From assembly GCA_002869265.1 (NCBI GenBank), contig PKTH01000040.1:5120-69119 (forward strand): DNA of 64,000 nucleotides, given 5' to 3'. Shown piece after piece: positions 11,401 to 18,697 of this stretch. The notes under the pieces are model-generated. The model worked only from the letters and a program-made list of their open reading frames with translations, made no database searches and was not told where the DNA came from. A program made the position numbers and the translations under genes. Numbering within the stretch: the stretch's first letter is position 1; each line of letters begins with the position of its first letter. The DNA is from Candidatus Parcubacteria bacterium (GTDB taxonomy: Bacteria; Patescibacteriota; Patescibacteriia; Patescibacteriales; BM507).

Positions 11401-12431
11401 TCACCTCCATGAGAACCAGACCGAGGATACTGAGAAAGACCCGTTGCAATATAGCGGACTGCCCCCCCCTTACCAGATGCACTTAGAGTGCCGTCGATTA
11501 CCATATCATCAGCTTGAACTTTCAAATTATCTGCATATACTGTTCTGCCGGAAAATACTTTGAATGTAGAAATATTATAATGAGTTCCTGATATTGTTGA
11601 GCCATCAGAAGGATACCAAGTTGATCCATTGTGATTAGTGCCACCAGAGGGAAAAGATGATCTAGCCGAATGATTTACAAGCTCCAGATTAGCATCTGCC
11701 CCAGAAGTGCCACTAGGATTAACCACAATCTCCGGACTAGAAATAGTAACATTATTAAATCCACCAGTTGTACTAATATTTGGAGTAATGTTTGAATTTG
11801 TGGTTTGAATAAAGTTCGCTGCCTGAGGTACTGATTTTAATTGCAGGACAGAACTATCTCCCCCGGAAGTATATTCAAGTTCACTAGTATTATTTATTGT
11901 TCCTAGGGCAAAGTCGGTATCACTATCATCAACTATCACATAATCACCAGCCACAAATGAGAACTTCTCTGAATCAGCCACAATAGGCCCTGTGGTTGAG
12001 GCAAATTTTGTCCAAGCTATTCCCTCTCCATCTTTATGATCGTCATTGTTAGCATATTCGCTAGGCGCCACACCACCACCCCAGTCAGTTTGAGTCCAAG
12101 AAGCAACCGCAGCATGGGTGGGGTTAGGGACTGTGTTGAAAATTTGTGTAAGTAGCGAAGACAAAACGACGAGAGTTATTACAGTCGAGGACGTAAAAGT
12201 GGTTAGTCTTAATCTTTTCTGGAACTTCTTTAATGCCCTATATGATCTGAAATTACCACTAAAAGTACATTTAATATTTCCATCCTGTTCTTTGCGGCAA
12301 GACTCCACTCTAAAATAATTATCAGCCGTCGAGGAAAATAAAACACTTCCCAGGTCTTTCAATCCTAGAAGTGTTTTTTTGCTATATTCTTTTAGTAAAA
12401 ACTTAATTTTCCTAAACCAATAGTTAAGCAT
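2466..12431 (-). CDS. Giant (3321 aa) secreted/surface protein with a Gly-rich region and many FN3-like (purple-acid-phosphatase-N-type) repeats
   Basis: Uninterrupted 9.97-kb ORF; hydrophobic segment near aa 78-98 followed by PTHA-A; repeated units such as ATITWTT...S.V.Y...H.V.I.GL.PG..Y.F.V.S. Confidence 0.85.
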   Translation of the reverse strand: MLNYWFRKIKFLLKEYSKKTLLGLKDLGSVLFSSTADNYFRVESCRKEQDGNIKCTFSGNFRSYRALKKFQKRLRLTTFTSSTVITLVVLSSLLTQIFNTVPNPTHAAVASWTQTDWGGGVAPSEYANNDDHKDGEGIAWTKFASTTGPIVADSEKFSFVAGDYVIVDDSDTDFALGTINNTSELEYTSGGDSSVLQLKSVPQAANFIQTTNSNITPNISTTGGFNNVTISSPEIVVNPSGTSGADANLELVNHSARSSFPSGGTNHNGSTWYPSDGSTISGTHYNISTFKVFSGRTVYADNLKVQADDMVIDGTLSASGKGGAVRYIATGLSQYPRSGSHGGEGGCGWKNAGAPPTLSERCVYEPAEPTFGSNIQPTTEGQGGIYKNISSPNYAGNGGGVIRLDAINSLAVNGPINADGINSTAAGYSAGAGGSIWITAKYISGNGQITAKGGDADYCGACNFNPPSGHYLGPGGGGGRIAIEYSSDTHSGAVSVAGGQGFSSDAGTIYYKSFPDYNSATYTSYVDAGIAFQNVWNSLSWEGLYPNGTGGQSSSLSFKVKSHNLASAPTFTAGTYCSVSSQTSNSSLTLTDTCRDSTDQYLWYQATLNTPSDGTETPDLNAIDIGASIHSFPVSSTYESKPFLAAGNIGYTTTTYDISPLVNGENVEVRVRTFNLTDGSDNPIDGPNGFILPDWADCDPITSGEDISSNNCVIDEQQRVQYQVKIFSSSDRTSTPSVDSVEIGFERVGDPEQGGAEGSLISSWYNSGDEGNVFNSFYWHQTETMPPGSSVEMYVRTAPILPGDTSPTDLTDDVPDVANATEWMGPNAPWVDAPFTDVHPRCATSTVVGPPAATKVFCTVDNAGLAFDGSGDYFMQYKIKIVSTLGYMADVSEVGITYEVNKRPVISGGSDLDVGQNYDLEDSDFGKLMIGSYEGGTHGFGLSDDDDSSATIYYGIDLGLRLSAELGYGTDSFLLTNTNANDNNANPLKTSDIYIQIDEEQILCSGRTGYLLEGCSREINNSLTSVHSINSTVWIMATSSNLSGDYGPGIGTTTTDSLSAVWDFKNDVSTGVYYDTAILRVVANDGRTAKQVTKIDGAISSPFIIDTTKPNINNNKTSVGTYDVIKVDGRQFDGSTSTASTSLCASLGAMNANEVCVTIKANDDSDIYYRYSATSSLDGSGLLVSDGLNGSSATWIADNNTKTATGVSFKMSIAPETTTKQASVYVQFMDEVGNVTNESSADIYVSTPERPSGVMIQDITNTFTTPNEEGLFITWKRSSMEDEVSDGCIGVGCFAYYEIEKAVTTGANPTDNDFQLYAQLNPSENYLDLSLSHLDERGTNYYRDNDVIYTGLETYFYRIVTVDQVGNRSYYSVRGDDDSSILRGIANGTQDPGEGGGGVSSEGPSLTYVSASPTSGEATITWTSPADQLSDSAVDYVDEAEYLANNFTNAITVGNATMVDYHEVTIKGLTPGETYYFRIKSTNNTGGNTTQETDTNHPGGFSFATTNGVNIVPGSITASGLNGRAIIEWETDIPASSYVVYSDFINDGIDADNALVNPNTFGSDTLVSQDTDGDGYINHTVELSGLGVSTYKFFVRSIDAGSILDEDKNVDVNGATNYYEFTTTNDQTAPELDGSIVEYATHNKAYISWRTNVLTHGSISYGTSSLDLIRETFDYNIESGILLEDLEPNTTYNYVIDFENKNLINATSSPQSFTTDSSIYEPIVFTDHSALEAMITDTDALVYIEPAFSSLASSTLCFHENNNQGVDGFEDFDWDTECSGGANPNVIEGAGITKTHYYKLINKFNYLKNYSYKIKVDDFYNETSYEYQGNFKTLERQVSHTSLQNIIDFDSQFWQWSGSEVMVNFKTDALAKSFVCYLEGGASDLIDADTKSCINGSTKVDSPTGSIIHVSKASNLTVGSLYSFQALAIDEVDNTIVVKSQLEQVQLQQEADPDPIGSLSLPVAEGISDTDAIVTFSTDVDATSYICYSTSSVSVAEIEDNNCSSEGFYRMEIGAGSATKLHAYHIKDNLLAGTTYYLRARAAGSANNASPITSNEVSFAMASVQVVPTITQITNFTDSLTSPNSAVITFITDALATSTLCISEAPTEIASTSFDLDCLANQKYTKTDSSKTHSYTISSLTPSTNYNMMARVTDAGNGTTQLYTSLGSFSTEASVVPHLDLVSIENMKVPHKTDDSALVTFTTNNDTYITTNASSTICYALDSVTEIDSFNPNTADITDFNVACAFGTRVEGTVGQTHYFLIESLTIDTAYSVIIAATDEVDSGIHSFEAMNFITDAEVVNYDTITIEENIDTILVSDTKAIVTMKSNIETYSTLCQANSSISVDGPSNNFVIGDCDLPIPGIAVPTKNHTYELDISPRLNASDTGLNYAMIRLVNPDDNADIVYSSNTFSFASAIRTITNEALANPGTPDSDNLMGVTTDSATLSFTANTPHISVIYYATSSVTDIASAFVATSSTPSRNHIFKLEGLEENQQYYYRIKSIDAQDSSIFFLSPDSVLSTFSTLESGDTDPPLITVGPSDSSTIDSATISFTTNEASIATILYVTQNNLANIDTSPKEEASTQQYRATHNVEIDNLIQNQVYRYKIRIQDQLGNEETYPLSGDPFTFTTEQDETAPVISSLSYTTATSSATITWKTTGDLSNTKMEWGETISYGELELDEEDTIYHVVNIDGLVPGNLYFFRVSSEDLSGNIGSTTNQFALPLSEVEIKEEIREETIEEIREEVESETSGGGMIIIDKTDKVAPVISDVKVAELGDFYALITWTTDEPANSTLFYGLSSEYSGAVTNKESILENTTSHTVLLKNLVPLATYHFSAVSIDDSGNVANSPDYSFTTREEGSTEDDITPEKAEEVEESLSKIQELAAELLTTGQADESDIKEAIAKMTAPPLITGDGPEVHEITSKSALILWATDRRANSVVSYFKTEEGVESARQVGNFEELVNDHQVRVTGLDSGTDYTFIGKSTDVLGNVGASDPISFTTEIIPFISKVSILNIKSDSVEIDWYSNTQTTSLLEYGADQNYGKDLVIDISDYTLGHHASLGDLSPGTTYHFRVKGYTRAGDVISSDDYTFTTLSNPDVLGYSIENITDKSATISWTTSQRTTSEVEYINSDTSVSDTVANSELTLQHSVVLKNLNPGVKYDFLIRGSDEFGQVTESELFSFTTLVDTQAPIIEYVKTDMALISKGQEDGIQVVITWKTDEISSSEVIYAEGVQKDISENEASGSKVKVVKAEGGLTNKHVLVVTDFRVGSVYTIKAKSIDEAGNVSYSKKYTVLTPQKEESVLQVIIKTFEDTFGWLNLGG

Positions 12432-12465
12432 GGGGGGGGTAGGTATAAGTATTTTAAATTAACTT

Positions 12466-12495
12466 AATTTTAGCATTTTTTTTTAAATACGACAA
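12466..12495 (-). promoter_or_regulatory. Putative sigma70 promoter of the giant protein gene
   Basis: TTGTCG-17 nt-TAAAAT with an extended -10 TG; the spacer contains an A9 run. Confidence 0.5.
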
Positions 12496-12520
12496 CAGTT
12501 TAGTGGGTAATTTGTCAAAC

Positions 12521-12550
12521 AAAAAAATCAGTCCATTTTTTGGACTGATT
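12521..12550 (-). terminator. Intrinsic terminator after the JAB gene
   Basis: Stem AATCAGTCCA/TGGACTGATT followed by a U-run on the minus strand. Confidence 0.75.
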
Positions 12551-13481
12551 ATGTTTTTCTTATTTTTCTTACAAACCTTATTTCACCATTTTTCAGAAGA
12601 TACACCTCTATTACCTTGTCATTATATCTACTAACAACGAAAATATTATGAGTCAAAGATTGAGATAAATCAGCCTCCGATATATGTCTCCCTGAACCAC
12701 CGCTTGGGTGAGTGTGAAAAAATCCCAGGAGATTGTTGGCGCTATACGATGCCGTGAGAATTAAATTATTTTTATCATAGACTGAGGTACTTCTAGCCTC
12801 CATAACTACGAGATTGAATAATCGCTTGTGCGGGAAACTAATTCGCTTCTCCCCCTTGACGATAAGTTTCATATATTTTTGAATCACTTCCTTGTCTCGC
12901 AACTCATTTGATATTAAATGATAATGTTTTTTGAGCAACTTAGCGAGTGCTTCTTCAGACCAATCACAGTAACTTAAATCTACCAATAGTGGTTTGAAAA
13001 TATTTTCAACCTCCTAAAAATGCAAAACATTGTCGATCTCGAACAAAAGACCCATACGCTCTCCAGCATACTGAAAATCTTTTATTAGCAACAGGTCTAG
13101 CCGTGCATATATACCTGGATCTCCTGAGATATACTTCTCCAAATCCTCTTTATCTACACCAAGCCTTGAACGCTCAATGGCAATATTGTAAAAGGAGTCT
13201 GGAATTACAGTTCCTTCGTATGAAGCTAAATTATCTATTCCAATTGCTAAAATTTCCAGGGGGTCCTTTTCGTAATAAATGCAAAGCCCAGCTGCAATAA
13301 AAAGTATTATTGATATGTAAGATACGAGTCTATAAACACTGCAGTGTAAATGCTTTTTATCCCAATAAGAACATAGGTCTATCGTGCCAAAATACTTAAT
13401 AACTGACCAAAAAAATACCCTGCTTGGTGGAAGACTTCTTATTTCTAGCCACCAATTCCATAACCTTATTGCATGTCTCAT
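12549..13481 (-). pseudogene. Membrane-anchored JAB/MPN+ domain protein interrupted by an in-frame TAG at 13014-13016 (ORFs 13014..13481 and 12549..12986 are in one frame)
   Basis: Reads ...AGERMGLLFEIDNVLHF*EVENIFKPLLVDLSYC...GFFHTHPSGGSGRHISEADL; the E..GLL motif lies before the stop and HTHP-x7-SxxD after it; TM helix near aa 52-69; SD GGGAGG before ATG 13481. Confidence 0.62.
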
Positions 13482-13576
13482 AATTCCCTCCCAAAAAATA
13501 AAGTTTGTTTTAAAGGTACATATTAATTTATTTAAATCATATCACACTAACACAAAATTACTTAATTGTAAATAAT

Positions 13577-13603
13577 AAAAAGCACCTCTCTAGGGAGGTG
13601 CTA
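13577..13603 (-). terminator. Intrinsic terminator after the HD/SAH gene
   Basis: Stem AGCACCTC/GAGGTGCT with a minus-strand U-run. Confidence 0.75.
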
Positions 13604-13608
13604 TCTAA

Positions 13609-14211
13609 TTATGCTTTTGCTTGTTCGGCTTCTTTTATTTCGATAATCATCTTGATTGGCAGAAGAACAGAATTGATATGAAGTGCTAATGCAACAAACA
13701 GATCTCCGTATTCGATATTCATCTTCCTGGCAATCTTCATTTGAGGCAAGACGTATTTTTCAGTTTCTTCAACATATTTTTTAAGTCTCTCAAGAGAGAA
13801 AACCTTTATCATATCACTGACATTATGAGTACGGTCAGCTGCTTTAATAGCTAAAGCATCTATGTCATCACCGATAACTCTATAGTATTCTTCTGGCCCC
13901 ATATTCTTTGTCTTGGTAAGCTTTCTAACTAAGTTTGCCACACGATCATTAAAATTCTTTGCTATTTCCTCAAGGGTGTATTTACCGTCTTCTACAACGT
14001 CATGTAAAATTGCTGCTGCTAGAACTTCATCCTTGGTTATTCTGTGTGAGATCAGAATATGACATGTGTCAACTACATGTTCGACATAGTCTGTGCCGTC
14101 GTCACGCTCTTGCCCCTTATGAAGAATATGTGCTAGGTTTACTGCTTTCATTGTTAGGGGCAGATTGGCCCCTTTGGCAAAACCATAAATAAATACAGCT
14201 CTCGGATTCAT
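13609..14211 (-). CDS. Stand-alone RelA/SpoT HD-domain protein (small alarmone hydrolase, Mesh1-like)
   Basis: HKGQERDDGTDYVEH, AAILHDVVED, LVRKLTK and IKAADRTHN motifs; SD GAGGAGGT before ATG 14211. Confidence 0.85.
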   Translation of the reverse strand: MNPRAVFIYGFAKGANLPLTMKAVNLAHILHKGQERDDGTDYVEHVVDTCHILISHRITKDEVLAAAILHDVVEDGKYTLEEIAKNFNDRVANLVRKLTKTKNMGPEEYYRVIGDDIDALAIKAADRTHNVSDMIKVFSLERLKKYVEETEKYVLPQMKIARKMNIEYGDLFVALALHINSVLLPIKMIIEIKEAEQAKA

Positions 14212-14244
14212 AAGCACCTCCTCTATATATGAAAGATCAATTAT

Positions 14245-16011
14245 CTATTCATTTCCATTATTACTCTGAGTTTTCCAAAGGTTAGCATAAGCACCATCTT
14301 TTTGCAACAATTCCTGGTGAGTACCCTCCTCGATGATCTTCCCTTTACTAAGGACAACTATTTTGTCAAAATCCACTATGGTTGAGAGTCTATGTGCTAT
14401 TACCACTGTAGTTCTGCCTCCTTTGGACAAGTCCTTGATAGCGTCTTGAATTATTTTTTCTGACTTCGTATCAAGAGAAGCTGTCGCCTCGTCAAATATT
14501 AAAATACAAGGATTTTTAATAATCATCCTGGCTATGGCCACTCTTTGTTTCTCTCCCCCCGAAAGCTTGACTCCTCTCTCACCCACTATAGTCTCATAGC
14601 CCTCTGGTAACTCATTTACAATAAAATCATGAATATTGGCAATCTTGGCTGCCTTTTCTATTTCCTCTTTTGTTGCATTATTTTTCCCGTATCCAATGTT
14701 ATGGGCTATTGTGTCATTGAAAAGAATTGTATCCTGAGCTACCATTCCAATATATTTTCTAAGAGACCTCTGTTTTACATCTCTGATGTCTACTCCATCA
14801 AGCAAGACCGCCCCTGAACTAACATCATAAAGTCTTAAAAGAAGCTTTGAGATGGTTGATTTACCAGAGCCGGAATATCCAACCAGGGCAACACTAGATT
14901 TTGCTGGGATATCGATATTCACATCATCCAATACAGTCCTATCATCAGCATATTTAAATGCTATATTCTTGAGTTCTAAGTGACCACTCACCCTTTCAAT
15001 ATCAGAAGCTCCTGGCCTATCTTCCACAGTATTTTTTACATTCAATAGCCTAAACATCTCATCGACATCAGCAAAACCATCTTTGACCATCCTGTAAACA
15101 AAGCCCAAAAAGTTAAGAGGTATTGCGATCCTGGTTAGATAGGTTGTTACCAAAACAAAGTCACCAATAGTTGCAGCCCCTGCCAAATACTCTCTTATAG
15201 CCAACGCAAGAATAGCTGTCAGCCCAGCGGTGATAATTAATCCTTGGCCCATGTTTAGATTTGCCCCCATCTTGGTTGACCTTACAGCTGACTTTACCCA
15301 GTCTTTGAGAAATCCATCATAACGAATGTGCTCATATTTTTCATTTGTAAAATATTTTACAGTTTCATAGTTCATCAAAGCATCAATTGATTGACTGCTT
15401 GCCCTGTCATCTTTTTTGTTTGCTTCGATTGACACCTTTTGCCTCCTATCGGTTAATTTAATAGTAAAAATAACGTAAACAGTCACAAAGAGCAAAAAGA
15501 CGAGAGTAAAAGAAATTGGGAATAATCTTATAAAAATAATCACAACAAACAGTATTTCAATCAAGGTTGGGATAATATTAAATGTTAAAGAAAAGAATAT
15601 GTTCTCAAGTCCTTTCGCTCCTCTAGTTATCATTCTAGAAATTCCACCCGTAGCTCTCTTGGTGTGAAAATCAACCGAAAGTCCGATTAAATGTTCAAAT
15701 ATATCTAGGGAAACCATCCTTTTGACATTTGTCTGCACCTTAGCAAAGAGATAATCTTTTGCTCCATCAAGCAAATTTGTTCCCCACCGTAAAATAAAAA
15801 ACAAAGCAACCAGAATCCCGATTATTTTTATATCTATTTCACTTGCTGTGTTCACTAAAATATCAATAAGCTTTTTCATTACGTATGGGTCTGCTACGGC
15901 CAGGACCTTTGAGACGATAAGCAGAGACAAACTAAAAATAATCCTCCACTTAAATTCTTTAAAGTAAGGTATTAGGTTTTTTATATTTGATTGTTGCTCG
16001 TTTTCTTCCAT
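14245..16011 (-). CDS. ATM1/HMT1-type ABC exporter (fused TMD-NBD)
   Basis: DALMNYETVKYF, Walker A GYSGSGKST, LSGGEKQRVAIAR, DEATASLD, IAHRLSTI. Confidence 0.93.
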   Translation of the reverse strand: MEENEQQSNIKNLIPYFKEFKWRIIFSLSLLIVSKVLAVADPYVMKKLIDILVNTASEIDIKIIGILVALFFILRWGTNLLDGAKDYLFAKVQTNVKRMVSLDIFEHLIGLSVDFHTKRATGGISRMITRGAKGLENIFFSLTFNIIPTLIEILFVVIIFIRLFPISFTLVFLLFVTVYVIFTIKLTDRRQKVSIEANKKDDRASSQSIDALMNYETVKYFTNEKYEHIRYDGFLKDWVKSAVRSTKMGANLNMGQGLIITAGLTAILALAIREYLAGAATIGDFVLVTTYLTRIAIPLNFLGFVYRMVKDGFADVDEMFRLLNVKNTVEDRPGASDIERVSGHLELKNIAFKYADDRTVLDDVNIDIPAKSSVALVGYSGSGKSTISKLLLRLYDVSSGAVLLDGVDIRDVKQRSLRKYIGMVAQDTILFNDTIAHNIGYGKNNATKEEIEKAAKIANIHDFIVNELPEGYETIVGERGVKLSGGEKQRVAIARMIIKNPCILIFDEATASLDTKSEKIIQDAIKDLSKGGRTTVVIAHRLSTIVDFDKIVVLSKGKIIEEGTHQELLQKDGAYANLWKTQSNNGNE

Positions 16012-16045
16012 TTTATTTTATATATTTTTTAATATGTCCGTTTAA

Positions 16046-16690
16046 TTACTCTCCTATTTTCTGTATTTCTTTCCATTTTCTTCTTAATTTTTCACCATCT
16101 GAATAGTCTACAAATTTATCGTAGGAACTATGTTGATCTTTCAAAACCTTGGAGTGTTTTATAGGGCACCAGTACCTTTCTGTTCTTCCTCCAATCTCCT
16201 TAGCATAGGAAATTAAACAGTTAAAATATGAGCAATAGAAGCAATTAAATCGCTCAAGCCAATTTAGATATGGGAGATGGGCCCGATCAAATACAAAATA
16301 TTCTCTTGCTCGGACCAATCCTATCCCATACAAAGGAAAGCAAATTCTGTGATAGATCTCTAAAAATATGTGAAGAATAATTGTTGGAATAAACATGGCG
16401 TAGATAAAAGGCGCTGAGACCAAATACCGAATATTAGTTAAGAGGCTATTTCTAAGAATGCTCTTCAAGACGGAAACTCTTTGTTTTCTCAAATGCTCTC
16501 TCTTCGACCATATATCTCTTATAAAGTCTTTCTTGGCGTACAGCTCAGAAATCTCTTTATCTAGTTTGTCTGTAATTTTTTTCTTTAATTCCTCTACCCC
16601 CTTTAACTTCTCATCTCTACTTTCAAGGAGCTTATCAAATAAATCGTTTAGTTCTTTATACAGACTATTCTTTTGTTTTTTATCTGCCAT
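16046..16690 (-). CDS. Hypothetical membrane protein with N-terminal coiled coil and Cys-containing C-terminal domain
   Basis: Hydrophobic stretch SAPFIYAMFIPTIILHIFLE; motifs ICFPLYGI, FNCFYCSYFNCL and ERYWCPIKH. Confidence 0.75.
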   Translation of the reverse strand: MADKKQKNSLYKELNDLFDKLLESRDEKLKGVEELKKKITDKLDKEISELYAKKDFIRDIWSKREHLRKQRVSVLKSILRNSLLTNIRYLVSAPFIYAMFIPTIILHIFLEIYHRICFPLYGIGLVRAREYFVFDRAHLPYLNWLERFNCFYCSYFNCLISYAKEIGGRTERYWCPIKHSKVLKDQHSSYDKFVDYSDGEKLRRKWKEIQKIGE

Positions 16691-16778
16691 ATATTTTATT
16701 AAATTATTATTAGGAATATATTAACAATATACCATTGTACCAAATTCTACAATGAATTTATATTTTTTTATAAAAATA

Positions 16779-16806
16779 AAAACCAGTCTTTTCCGACTGG
16801 TTTTTT
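16779..16806. terminator. Bidirectional intrinsic terminator
   Basis: AAAACCAGTC-tttcc-like loop-GACTGGTTTTTT. Confidence 0.75.
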
Positions 16807-16813
16807 GCGTGAG

Positions 16814-16963
16814 CTAGATGATTTCCTGGCTAGCATTTCTCTCTTCTTCAATTATGATTAAGGTTTTTTCCGACTTAGTGCCAATATCTTCTGATGCTTT
16901 TTGGCCTTCTGGTGTCCTGAGCCATTCTTCTGTTTCAAGCGCTCTTTTTTGTATTTCATTCAT
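16814..16963 (-). CDS. Small 49-aa hypothetical protein (not in the ORF track)
   Basis: AGGAGG-acaaa-ATG; MNEIQKRALETEEWLRTPEGQKASEDIGTKSEKTLIIIEEERNASQEII*; followed immediately by a terminator. Confidence 0.62.
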   Translation of the reverse strand: MNEIQKRALETEEWLRTPEGQKASEDIGTKSEKTLIIIEEERNASQEII

Positions 16964-17062
16964 TTTGTCCTCCTATAAAGAATGTGTTTATAATGTGCTA
17001 AATTAGCTTTAAACTAACACAGATAATAAAAGAATTCAAGAAGTTCATACCAGAATTTTATA

Positions 17063-17091
17063 TTGACAAAAGCTCAATTTTAGCCTAATAT
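17063..17091 (+). promoter_or_regulatory. sigma70 promoter of the pyrF-pyrE fusion
   Basis: TTGACA-17 nt-TAATAT. Confidence 0.7.
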
Positions 17092-17171
17092 ATGCATAGT
17101 TTATGGAGGCAGTACTTTGAAAAAAATATTTTTTTATTATTCAAACAACCCTAAAATGAGGAGGAAAGCAG

Positions 17172-18680
17172 ATGAAGAATGTTGTAATTGTGCCGATTGA
17201 CGGGAAACAAAGTGGGTCTGGTATTTTAGGCACAGTCCACAATTTACTACAGTGCGAAACTGCTCGCTCAATGATCAGTCATTTCAAGATCAATGATGGC
17301 GTCAATACTCCCGATATGTCTGGACCAATGCTGATTTCAAAGATAAAGGCAGTAATCAAAGCTGCTGAATCTAAGGCTGGGATTTTTCTCGATTTCAAAC
17401 TTGCTGACACATCGGATACCAACTGGAACACTGTTAAACATTTTGTTGACCAAGGACTCCCCCCTGATATTTTGACAGTCCGCGAATCCTTGAGTACTAG
17501 CGGTTTCCTGAAACTACGAACCATGCTTCCCGATACCAAGATTGCCCTGGTCAGCATACTCACTGACACACCAGAAGAAGAATGCCGACGCAGAAATGGT
17601 ATGTTCCCAGCGGTCAAGCTTCTTAATGACATAACGAACATCCAAGCAGAATATGAAAAACGTCGCAATGAAACAAGTCCCAAAAGAGCCTTCGATATGG
17701 TAGTTTGTTCGCCCCTGGAGCTTGATCTGCTTGTCCGGAACTTTCCCTATCAATACCAATACATTGTTCCTGGTATCAGGGATTCCTGGATGGCTGCCGG
17801 TCAACAGGCTCGCATCTCTGGCATCGCCGCCGCTCTCAACCATGGAGCCACATACTGCGTTGCTGGATCCCAAATGCTCAAAGGAGCTCCTAACGATGGA
17901 GTTTCTGCTGAAGAAAGTCGCAAACTCACTGCTCTCGAAATTGAAAAAGCCAATTACACTTTCATCTGCCCTGAAGACCCAATGAAGGTTCTACTGCATT
18001 GTGGTGGTAGCTATGAGTCCCCACTGGGCTCTATTGGGGAGATTCTCGGTCCCTTGGTTGGCTACGCAGGGAAATACGGTCTCGAAGGAAAAAACTTTGT
18101 GGGTTCAGTCTATTTCAACTTTGCGAAAGCCGAACAGAATCCAATCGCATTAGCCTTCTATGGTGCCTACTTGGCTAACGAAATTCGAGAATATTTTGAC
18201 GTTATCCCAGATGCAGTGGCTGGCATGGCAAATGGTGGTGTAAAACTGGCTGCAGCTGTTGCCAGGGAGCTTGGCTGTCGCGATGTTACGGCTTATAAAA
18301 AAGTGATTCAGCCCGCTGATGTGAAAGCTGGCAAAAAGGAAGAGTCGATTCTCGAGATAAATCGTCATGATGTTTATCCTGATGATACCATCATCATAAT
18401 AGAAGATGTCTGCAACAACTTCTCGACAACCGAAAAAGCGCAAAAGCTCATTGAAAGCCTCGATGCTCAACTGGTCGGTATCGCTTGTGCCATTAACCGA
18501 GACAACGAATGGTATTGGAAGGGCCTCCCGGTTATTTCAGCCTCACACAGACCAAGCCCTCAGTACAAACAAGAAGACCCTATTGTCTCAACATTAATCA
18601 AGCAAGGAAAGATTGTCTGGAAAGCAAAAGAGGGGTGGAGCAAACTTATGGAGGCCATGGAGGAAGCGAATCCCAAATAA
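17172..18680 (+). CDS. pyrF-pyrE: Fusion of OMP decarboxylase (N-terminal) and type I phosphoribosyltransferase, probably orotate PRTase (C-terminal)
   Basis: HFKIN, FLDFKLADTSDT (DxKxxD), VVCSPLE and IVPGIR match OMPDC; IIIEDVCNNFSTT is a PRPP-binding loop; SD GAGGAGG. Confidence 0.8.
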   Translation: MKNVVIVPIDGKQSGSGILGTVHNLLQCETARSMISHFKINDGVNTPDMSGPMLISKIKAVIKAAESKAGIFLDFKLADTSDTNWNTVKHFVDQGLPPDILTVRESLSTSGFLKLRTMLPDTKIALVSILTDTPEEECRRRNGMFPAVKLLNDITNIQAEYEKRRNETSPKRAFDMVVCSPLELDLLVRNFPYQYQYIVPGIRDSWMAAGQQARISGIAAALNHGATYCVAGSQMLKGAPNDGVSAEESRKLTALEIEKANYTFICPEDPMKVLLHCGGSYESPLGSIGEILGPLVGYAGKYGLEGKNFVGSVYFNFAKAEQNPIALAFYGAYLANEIREYFDVIPDAVAGMANGGVKLAAAVARELGCRDVTAYKKVIQPADVKAGKKEESILEINRHDVYPDDTIIIIEDVCNNFSTTEKAQKLIESLDAQLVGIACAINRDNEWYWKGLPVISASHRPSPQYKQEDPIVSTLIKQGKIVWKAKEGWSKLMEAMEEANPK

Positions 18681-18697
18681 ACTGTTTGAAAAATAAT

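Noticed and set aside
4720..12318. Short ORFs within the giant gene
   Set aside because: Alternate-frame or antisense ORFs inside a long ORF with coherent repeated domains.
12549..14211. CBASS or ubiquitin-like defence operon (JAB plus HD)
   Set aside because: No CD-NTase, E1, E2 or Ubl gene is present, and a terminator separates the two genes.
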